Shown one piece after another: positions 14,368-21,646 of a stretch of DNA of 64,000 nt; the first letter of the stretch is position 1; every line of letters begins with the position of its first letter. This DNA is from Candidatus Metaruminococcus caecorum. GTDB lineage: Bacteria > Bacillota > Clostridia > Oscillospirales > Ruminococcaceae. The stretch covers positions 524 to 64,523 of the forward strand of contig CAJFTY010000024.1 of the NCBI GenBank assembly GCA_904420045.1, read 5' to 3'. The notes under the pieces are model-generated. The model made no database searches, was not told where the DNA came from, and saw only the letters and a list, made by a program, of their open reading frames with translations. The position numbers and the translations under genes were made by a program.

Positions 14368-15189
14368 ATGGTTTCCCAGACGCGTTCCAACGAACGAAGG
14401 GAACCTTTGGAAAACAACATGAAGGATGAAATTATCATACTGGACAAAGGACTTTACGACGCCAATCCCATCGTCTGCGGCCATCAGATCTGCGAGCCTT
14501 CCTACTGGTATCAGTCGGTGCGGGGGTATTATCTGTTCCACTACATTTTGTCGGGGAAGGGAACCTTTGAAAACCAGGGCCGGATGTACCGTCTGGGGGA
14601 AGGGGATCTGTTTATCATCCGCCCCGGGGAATCCACCAAATACCAGGCGGACGCTGAAGATCCGTGGCATTATGTGTGGGTGGGCTTTTCCTCGGTGCAG
14701 GATCTGTCCCGGGCGGTGGAACAGGATGTGCTCCATGTACCAGAGCTCCGGTACGTCTTTGAAGATCTGATCCGGGCCAGGGAGCTGAACGAAAACTGCG
14801 AGTATTACATCAGCGCCAAGGTGCTGGAGATTTTGTGCCAGATCGACCGGAGGCATCCAGGGGAGCAAAACGCGCCGGTGTATGTAAAAAAAGCCGCTTC
14901 CTACATCCGGGCCAATTATATGAAGGAGATCACCGTGGCGGAGCTTTCCGCCATGCTGAATCTGGAACGCTCCTATTTCAGCGCAATCTTTAAAAAGGAG
15001 ATGGGGGTTTCTCCCCAGACGTTTTTAATCGACTGCCGGTTAAACAAAGCGGCGGAGCTTTTAGCCCTGTACCACTATAAGGTGGAGGAGGCCGCGTACG
15101 CCTGCGGCTATACCGACCCGGCCAGCTTTTCCAAGATGTTTAAAAAGAAGTTCGGTGTTTCCCCCAGAAAATACACAAGCACAAAGTGA
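14368..15189 (+). CDS. AraC-family transcriptional regulator (cupin plus HTH_18)
   Basis: The C-terminal AraC HTH is IRANYMKEITVAELSAMLNLERSYFSAIFKKEMGVSPQTFL...ACGYTDPASFSKMFKKKFGVSP. An alternative start is ATG 14419 (MKDEIIIL). Confidence 0.9.
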   Translation: MVSQTRSNERREPLENNMKDEIIILDKGLYDANPIVCGHQICEPSYWYQSVRGYYLFHYILSGKGTFENQGRMYRLGEGDLFIIRPGESTKYQADAEDPWHYVWVGFSSVQDLSRAVEQDVLHVPELRYVFEDLIRARELNENCEYYISAKVLEILCQIDRRHPGEQNAPVYVKKAASYIRANYMKEITVAELSAMLNLERSYFSAIFKKEMGVSPQTFLIDCRLNKAAELLALYHYKVEEAAYACGYTDPASFSKMFKKKFGVSPRKYTSTK

Positions 15190-15321
15190 ATTTTGTGCAG
15201 AAAAACAACATCAGTGCCGATTTGTCCCGCAAAAGCCTATTCTTTCTTTCCGGATTCCCTGCTATGATGAGAGTACAACAGGCGGGTACTAAACTGGAAA
15301 TGAATGGGAGGTTGCGGCTTT

Positions 15322-18300
15322 ATGATCCGAAAATGGAAGCGAACGCTTTGTCTTTTGATGGCGGGAGTAGTCAGTGCTTCTCTGCTTCTTCCGATCCAAA
15401 CGCTGACGGCGGGCGCGCAGGATGAATTCGTGTACGATGTGTCGTTTGAAAACAGCACCTACAAGGCCGACACCAAGGGCATTGACTTTGGCCGGAACGG
15501 GGATCAGTGGAAGCGAGGGCAGAGCTTTGTAGCTCTGGAAAACAGCGCCCTGACCTCGGTGGAGGTCAAAATCATCGCCGTGGACGAGCAAGGTGCTCCG
15601 GGGGATCTTACAGCGGAGCTATATCTCTGCGATCCAGACAGTAAAATGCCTGCGGGCGCGGCGCTGGCAACCGCCGAGCTGTCCGGGAAAGGCATTTCGG
15701 CCTCGGGGTTTTCGGTGGTGGAAATCCCGCTGCAGTATGACAAGCTCCAAAAGGGGAGCATGTACGCAGTGGTGCTGGGACAAAAAACCAAGACCGGGTG
15801 GTACGGCTGGTACTGTTCCTACGACAACTCGAATCCGAACTGGTGGCAGCCGGGCAGCGTCAATCCCCAGATCAAGCAAAAGGGGTGCGATGAAGATCTG
15901 CCCAGCTTTAAAATGAACGAGGACAGCCAGTTTTTGGACGACACCGGCTGCGGGGATCTGTGGCTGAAGGCACACTATGCTCCCAGGGAAGTGGAAGCGC
16001 TGTGCTACGACCTGTCGTTCGTCAACGACACCTACGGGCCGGACACCAAGGGGATCGACTTCGGCCGGGCCGGGGATCAGTGGAAGCGGGGGCAGACCTT
16101 TGCGGCCACCCAGGACAGCAACCTGGAATCGGTGACCGCCAAGATCATCGCTGTGGACGAGCAAGGGGCGCCCGGGGATCTCACGGCGGAGCTCTACCGG
16201 TGCGACAGTGAGACCAAAGCTCCCGTAGGCGAAGCCCTGGCAACCGCCGAGCTTTCCAAAGAGGCTGTTTCCGCCTCGGAATTCACCGAAGTGACCATCC
16301 CCCTGCGGTACGAGGGGATGAAGAAAGACGAGCTTTACACCGTGGTGCTGGGGCAAAAGACCCGAACGGGGTGGTACGGATGGTACTGCTCCTATGACAA
16401 CTCCAACCCGGAGTGGTGGAAGCCGCCGTTTGTCAACCCCCAGATCAAGCAAAAGGGGTACGATGAGGATTTGGCAAGTTTTTTGTATGCGGAGGATGGA
16501 ACGATGACCGACGATTCCCGCTGCGGCGATTTGTGGCTGAAGGCAAACTACAGCTTGGACGAAGTTCTGCAGCCTGAGGACGATTTGGCAACCCAGTATC
16601 AAAAAGATATGGAAAACGGCGGGCTTTCCTTTTACATGGACCGGATTTTAGCCCGCCCCGGCGTGGACCCGTCTTTGATCGAGGACTCTGGCTTGATGAC
16701 CCGGGGCAGGGCCCTGTACACCAAGGGAACCAACAGCAATGGACTGATCCAGGAGTTTGGCTTCGGCGGGACGATGCGCTACATCAAAGTGGACCGCACG
16801 GGCTACACCCTGCAAATCAACGGCAAGAAAGCCTCTGATTTTGTGGAGGACACCTCCCGGCGGGTGGACTATCCCAGCCACTGGACCTCTTTTTACACAG
16901 GAAAAGAGGGCGGCGCAGAGGCGGGCCTTGCGGTTACCACCAAGCGTTTTATCACTGAAAACAACACGGCAGTGACCATTTTGGAGATTCAAAACACCAC
17001 CGGCGCAGACAAAACTGTCGAGCTTTCCATGCTGGTTCCCTCCTGTAAGCAGAAGGATGGGGACACCCTGGTGGGCCAAGCGCGGGTGGACTATAAAAAT
17101 CTTGTGCTGAAGGCGTCGATGGACGGCGGAAAAATCTCTGGGGAGCAAATTCAAAAATCTGTGACCATCCCGGCGGGACAGACCGTGTCCCAAAAGGCGC
17201 AGATGGGCTTTATCGACGAAAAAGACGCCCAGACCGGTGCGGAGTACAAACAGTATGCGGGCTATACGCCCGAAAAGGCGTTTGAAACCCATGTGCAGAA
17301 ATACAACTACTGGTGGGTGGAAAACATCCCCAGCATGTGGGTGCCCGACGCGTATATTCAGAAAATGATCGCCTACCGCTGGTGGATCGCCCGGGCAAAT
17401 GTGGTGGACGCAGGCACCTACAGCTATCCGTTCCCCACCGCCATGGAGGGTGTGTTCGGGTACAACAACGCCATTGTCAACGCGGTTCCCTGGCAGATGG
17501 ACGAATCCCGGTATCTGCGCTCCCCCTTGGTGGGATACGGAACTTGGGCGGACGCTGCGTTTGTGGCCGCAGGCGGCATTTACAAGGATAACCCCGCCGG
17601 CGTCTGGGGCGTAAAGCCCCAGCACTACATCTCCAAAGCGGGGTGGGAAAATTATAAGGTCCACGGCGGTTCCACCGCGTTTTTAGAGGCGATGGCCGAC
17701 GCGGGCGCGGGAGATGTGCAGGGAACCAGAGCGAATTTTGACGCGGACGGCGACTATATCTACGACATCCAGTACGACGCCTGGGACAACGACACCGCTT
17801 CGTTGTCGGTAGGTGGCAAACAGCAGCGCATCGACACTGCAGCGCTTGCCTGGGCCAACGCCACGGCGGTCAGCGAAATGTACCGCGCGGCTGGCAATGA
17901 AAGCCAGGCAAAGGTGTATCAGGAATTCGCCAGCCAGATCCAAAAGGTGAACCTGCAAAACAGTTGGGACGCCGACTCTAAGCAGTTTTTGATGAAAACC
18001 GAAAGCGGCGCATTCATCCCCTTTCGGGACATCAACAACTACTACGCCTTTATGGTGGGGATGATCCCCCAGGATGCCGGGTATGACACGGCGCTGCGGG
18101 TGTGGGGCGACGAGACGGAGTTCCCCCTGTGGCCCATGTATGTCAGCAACTCCAAGGACTATGAAATCATCCAGAACGACGACCGGTACACCGACCGTTC
18201 CCGGAATTTCTCGCCTGGCAACACGGCCATCACCTTGAAGATGTTTGCGAACGTCATCAAGGAGTACGACGCGCCCAACATCACCGGAGAGGCGTTCATG

Positions 18301-20121
18301 GAGGTGCTCAAGCAGTACACCATGACCTGCTTTGTGAACAAAAACATCCACTATCCCGACGCCAACGAGTTCTGGAACGGCAATCCGGAAACCCCTTACC
18401 GCTCCTGGATCCATCACAACTGGCACTCCCAATACAACACCCTGATCATTGAAAACGTGATGGGAATTACCCCCAGGGACGACAAGGTAATTGAACTTCA
18501 TCCCATCGACGCGGGGATGGAGGCGTTTAAACTCACCAACGTCCGGTATCATGGCAAAGACATCGGCGTGGAGCTCAACCGGGACGGGTATCACCTGTAT
18601 GTGGACGGCAAAGAGGTCGCCGCAACCGACCGGCTGTGCCACTTTACCTGGGATTCTCAGACTGGCAAGGTGACGGTGCTGGACGACAGCGGGGCCGTGG
18701 TCAAAACAAACGCCGCCGTGACAGATTTTAAGGCCTCCAGCGAAGTGGAGTACAAAAACGACCGCGTGGCGGAGCTTATGGATGCGGCGGTGGACTACAA
18801 GCCCGGGGACACGGTGGTGGAAAAAGACACCCTGAAAACCGATGAAGATCCCGTCCATACCGGCAGTTACAAGCTGGTGCCCGAGGACGGATCGGACTGG
18901 GAGGAAAACTTTAACCTGGACTTCGGCGACCAAAACGGCGACCAGTACAAACGGGCCCAGATGTTCGTGGCCACCCAGGGAGGAACCATGACCGGCGTTC
19001 AGGTGATGATTAAAAACAAAACCGCTGCAAAAGACGTGACGGTGGAGCTGTACGACGCGGATCAAAATGGAAAGCCCGGACAAAAGCTTGCCTCCACGGT
19101 GATCCCGGTGGAAAAAATCCCCACGGATATGGGAATTGTGACGGCCCAATTTACCTACACGCTGGAAAAGGGAAAGGCATACTACATCATACTGGGCCAG
19201 GAGTCCGGCGGCGAGGGAATCTACTGCTGGGCGTTGAGCGCCAAGAGTATGGACACCGGTGTACAGGCCCGGCAGGAAGGCTACGACGGCGCCCTTGCCA
19301 TGTATAAAATCGAAAACACCGGCAATCTGGTCAACGAGACGAAACTGGGCGACTATTACCTGGAGGTGTTCTATCAGGAGAGCGCCGGCCACGTGCACGA
19401 CTGGTCACAGGAATGGAGCTCGGACGGTGAAAGCCACTGGCACACCTGCTCTGGCTGCGGGGAGATCAAAGACAAAGCTTCTCACAGCGGCGGCGAGGCG
19501 AACTGCTCTGCCAAAGCAAAGTGCACGGTCTGCGGCAGAGAATACGGGCAGCTTGACAGCGAAAAACACGATTTTGCAGCCGAGTTTACCGTGGACAAAG
19601 CGCCCACTTGCACAGAAAAGGGAGAAAAATCCAAACACTGCGTCCGCTGCGGCGCGGTAACCGAGGTCACCGAGATCCCTGCGCTGGGCCACGAGTACGG
19701 CAAGTGGGAGAAAAACGACGGGCAGACCCATAAAAAGGTTTGCAAAACCTGCGGCGATACGGACACCCAGGAGCATGCCTGGGACAGCGGAACGGTTACG
19801 ACGCCGCCCACCGACACGGCGAAGGGGGCAAAAACCTATACCTGTACAGTGTGCGGTGAAACCAAGGTTCAGGAGCTCCCCGCGCTGGGCGGTTCCCAGT
19901 CCCAGCCGCCACAAGAAAATCCCGGTCCGGACAATTCTCGTCCGGACGGCGTTCAGAGCCCCTCGTCAGAACAGGCGAATGAGCCCAGCGGGGAGTTAGA
20001 AAGCCCGCAGACGGGGGACGCAGTCCCCACCGCATGGGTTGGATTGTTGGCGGCCGCTTCCTTAGGAGCATTGGCTGCGGCAACCGGTAAACACAAGCGG
20101 CGGACCGGTTCTGATTCCTAG
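15322..20121 (+). CDS. Giant secreted surface protein (1599 aa): three copies of an unassigned ~190 aa domain, a central (alpha/alpha)6-barrel glycoside-hydrolase-like region (GH63/MGH1-like by eye), Cys-rich repeats and an SPQTG sorting signal
   Basis: RBS GGGAGG precedes ATG 15322 and there is a signal peptide (MIRKWKRTLCLLMAGVVSASLLLPIQTLTAGA). The central region contains DAWDNDTAS and IDTAALAWANATAVSEMYRAAGNESQAKVYQEFASQIQ, which resemble GH63/trehalase-type motifs. The C-terminus is SPQTGD followed by a hydrophobic stretch and KHKRR. Confidence 0.75.
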   Translation: MIRKWKRTLCLLMAGVVSASLLLPIQTLTAGAQDEFVYDVSFENSTYKADTKGIDFGRNGDQWKRGQSFVALENSALTSVEVKIIAVDEQGAPGDLTAELYLCDPDSKMPAGAALATAELSGKGISASGFSVVEIPLQYDKLQKGSMYAVVLGQKTKTGWYGWYCSYDNSNPNWWQPGSVNPQIKQKGCDEDLPSFKMNEDSQFLDDTGCGDLWLKAHYAPREVEALCYDLSFVNDTYGPDTKGIDFGRAGDQWKRGQTFAATQDSNLESVTAKIIAVDEQGAPGDLTAELYRCDSETKAPVGEALATAELSKEAVSASEFTEVTIPLRYEGMKKDELYTVVLGQKTRTGWYGWYCSYDNSNPEWWKPPFVNPQIKQKGYDEDLASFLYAEDGTMTDDSRCGDLWLKANYSLDEVLQPEDDLATQYQKDMENGGLSFYMDRILARPGVDPSLIEDSGLMTRGRALYTKGTNSNGLIQEFGFGGTMRYIKVDRTGYTLQINGKKASDFVEDTSRRVDYPSHWTSFYTGKEGGAEAGLAVTTKRFITENNTAVTILEIQNTTGADKTVELSMLVPSCKQKDGDTLVGQARVDYKNLVLKASMDGGKISGEQIQKSVTIPAGQTVSQKAQMGFIDEKDAQTGAEYKQYAGYTPEKAFETHVQKYNYWWVENIPSMWVPDAYIQKMIAYRWWIARANVVDAGTYSYPFPTAMEGVFGYNNAIVNAVPWQMDESRYLRSPLVGYGTWADAAFVAAGGIYKDNPAGVWGVKPQHYISKAGWENYKVHGGSTAFLEAMADAGAGDVQGTRANFDADGDYIYDIQYDAWDNDTASLSVGGKQQRIDTAALAWANATAVSEMYRAAGNESQAKVYQEFASQIQKVNLQNSWDADSKQFLMKTESGAFIPFRDINNYYAFMVGMIPQDAGYDTALRVWGDETEFPLWPMYVSNSKDYEIIQNDDRYTDRSRNFSPGNTAITLKMFANVIKEYDAPNITGEAFMEVLKQYTMTCFVNKNIHYPDANEFWNGNPETPYRSWIHHNWHSQYNTLIIENVMGITPRDDKVIELHPIDAGMEAFKLTNVRYHGKDIGVELNRDGYHLYVDGKEVAATDRLCHFTWDSQTGKVTVLDDSGAVVKTNAAVTDFKASSEVEYKNDRVAELMDAAVDYKPGDTVVEKDTLKTDEDPVHTGSYKLVPEDGSDWEENFNLDFGDQNGDQYKRAQMFVATQGGTMTGVQVMIKNKTAAKDVTVELYDADQNGKPGQKLASTVIPVEKIPTDMGIVTAQFTYTLEKGKAYYIILGQESGGEGIYCWALSAKSMDTGVQARQEGYDGALAMYKIENTGNLVNETKLGDYYLEVFYQESAGHVHDWSQEWSSDGESHWHTCSGCGEIKDKASHSGGEANCSAKAKCTVCGREYGQLDSEKHDFAAEFTVDKAPTCTEKGEKSKHCVRCGAVTEVTEIPALGHEYGKWEKNDGQTHKKVCKTCGDTDTQEHAWDSGTVTTPPTDTAKGAKTYTCTVCGETKVQELPALGGSQSQPPQENPGPDNSRPDGVQSPSSEQANEPSGELESPQTGDAVPTAWVGLLAAASLGALAAATGKHKRRTGSDS
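15433..16578 (+). repeat. In-frame tandem duplication (2 x 573 bp, 191 aa) inside the surface hydrolase gene; a third diverged copy lies at about 18904..19380
   Basis: Copy 1 starts YDVSFENSTYKADTKGIDFGRNGDQWKRGQSF and ends CGDLWLKAHY. Copy 2 starts YDLSFVNDTYGPDTKGIDFGRAGDQWKRGQTF and ends CGDLWLKANY. Long stretches are near-identical at DNA level (GTGGACGAGCAAGG.GC.CC.GGGGATCT.AC.GCGGAGCT). Confidence 0.9.
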
Positions 20122-20154
20122 CACAGGGACGCGTCTCTTTGAAAAAATGATCAG

Positions 20155-20190
20155 CGCCGGGCGGAAAAAGTTTTTCCGCCCGGCGTTTTG
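20155..20190 (+). terminator. Rho-independent terminator
   Basis: Stem CGCCGGGCGGAAAAA / TTTTTCCGCCCGGCG followed by TTTT. Confidence 0.85.
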
Positions 20191-20330
20191 CCGTGCAGGT
20201 TCTTTCGCCGCGGGAAAAATCCCAGGTGGAACGCAAATACCTTCCCCACAATTTTCTTCTTGTTTTTTGCGAATCGTTGTAATATAGTAAAAGCAGTCAG
20301 GATAAACGACGAAAACAAAGGGGGACGAAT

Positions 20331-20840
20331 ATGAATTTGTTGATGAGCGATACGCCGCTGCCGGTTACCCTGCCGGGAACCTGCCGCTATGTGGATCTGT
20401 CGAAGCTGACAATCGCCAATTGTATGGGATGTTTCGGGTGTTGGGTGAAAACACCTGGCAGCTGCGTTCTGCGGGACGACGCAGTGAAGGTATATCCCTT
20501 GATTGCGAAAAGCACAAATCTCCTCTATGTCAGCCGTATCAAATATGGATCCTATGATGTGACGATGAAAACGATGCTTGAACGCGCGATTCCGATTCAG
20601 CAGGCGTTTATCCGCGTCCACCAGGGAGAAACGCACCACGTGCAGCGCGCTGTGGAGAAAAAACAGGCGGTGATTGTCGCCTACGGAGCCCAATCCCAGG
20701 AGGAAAAACGGCTGTTTGAACGGCTGGTGGAACGCAATGCCCGCAATATGCAGTTTTGGTCCCACCGGGTCCGGTTCGTCTGTGAGGAGGATCTTTTCGC
20801 CGCTGTGGAACAGGAGGTGGCAAAGTGGGACGATTGCTGA
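20331..20840 (+). CDS. Flavodoxin-like-fold / iron-sulfur-flavoprotein-like protein lacking the usual N-terminal FMN loop
   Basis: CMGCFGCWVKTPGSCVLRDD resembles the Cys motif of NADPH-dependent FMN reductase and iron-sulfur flavoproteins. It starts about 25 aa short of the normal GSPR motif. RBS is AAGGGGG. Confidence 0.55.
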   Translation: MNLLMSDTPLPVTLPGTCRYVDLSKLTIANCMGCFGCWVKTPGSCVLRDDAVKVYPLIAKSTNLLYVSRIKYGSYDVTMKTMLERAIPIQQAFIRVHQGETHHVQRAVEKKQAVIVAYGAQSQEEKRLFERLVERNARNMQFWSHRVRFVCEEDLFAAVEQEVAKWDDC

Positions 20841-21469
20841 TTGTCAACGGAAGTCCCCGGGCTCCGCGCTCCAATTCCAAGCGGTATGGAGAACTTTTTG
20901 CGCGCTGTTTTTCCGGCGATACTGACACCTATTTGATTACCGAGAAAAAACATATGCGCGTGTTTGAGGAGCTGAACCGTTACCAGGATATGCTGTTGGT
21001 ATTTCCGCTTTACGCAGACGGAATCCCTGCGGTTTTGCTGCGCTTCCTCCAGGAACTGGAAGCGTTCTCACCCTCCCAAAAGCCGGTGATTCATGTGCTG
21101 ATGAACTGCGGATTTCTGGAGCCAGATCAAAATCAGACCGCCTGCGATATGGTTAAAATGTTCTGCGCCCAAAACGGATATCGTTTTGGGTCCTGCCTGC
21201 TGATCGGCTCCGGCGAGGCAATTCTCACGACCCCGTTTGCTTTTTTGGCCAGGCGTGGAATCAAAAAGCTGGCGGCTTCCATTGAACGGGGCCGGCCAGG
21301 TATATTTAAAACCACAATGCCGATCTCCAAAGAAATGTTTGTAAAGGCATCTACCCAATTTTGGATCCGATATGGTGAAAAAAACAAGATTGGAAAACAA
21401 CAGATGGAAACGATGAAAATTGAGGGTGAGGGAACCGAAATAGAAGAATGCTTTCGTCAAACCGATTAA
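20825..21469 (+). CDS. NAD(P)H-dependent oxidoreductase, flavodoxin-like fold
   Basis: N-terminus LLIVNGSPRAPRSNSKRY is the FMN_red/flavodoxin_2 motif. GTG start with strong RBS AGGAGG 7 nt upstream. It overlaps the previous gene by 16 nt. Confidence 0.7.
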   Translation: MGRLLIVNGSPRAPRSNSKRYGELFARCFSGDTDTYLITEKKHMRVFEELNRYQDMLLVFPLYADGIPAVLLRFLQELEAFSPSQKPVIHVLMNCGFLEPDQNQTACDMVKMFCAQNGYRFGSCLLIGSGEAILTTPFAFLARRGIKKLAASIERGRPGIFKTTMPISKEMFVKASTQFWIRYGEKNKIGKQQMETMKIEGEGTEIEECFRQTD

Positions 21470-21646
21470 TTTGACGCGTATAATTTGTTAAACATTACCA
21501 TTGATGAAAACATTATTGTGAATTTTTTCAGAAGAAGTTCTAAAAATATTGCATTTATAAGAAAAGTATGTTATGATGCAAATAAACCCTTTCAAAAAGA
21601 TTCACCAAACATTCACAGAAGGGAATAAAAAAGGAGGATGTTTCGA

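Noticed and set aside
14284-14868. A 194 aa minus-strand ORF, and similarly 6304..6768
   Set aside because: They are antisense to the AraC regulator and the PHP phosphatase genes respectively, with no supporting signals.
15619-19398. Three long minus-strand ORFs (15619..16602, 16648..17664, 17683..19398)
   Set aside because: All are antisense to the 1599 aa surface hydrolase gene, which has an RBS, a signal peptide, domain repeats and a sorting signal. The antisense translations are compositionally aberrant.
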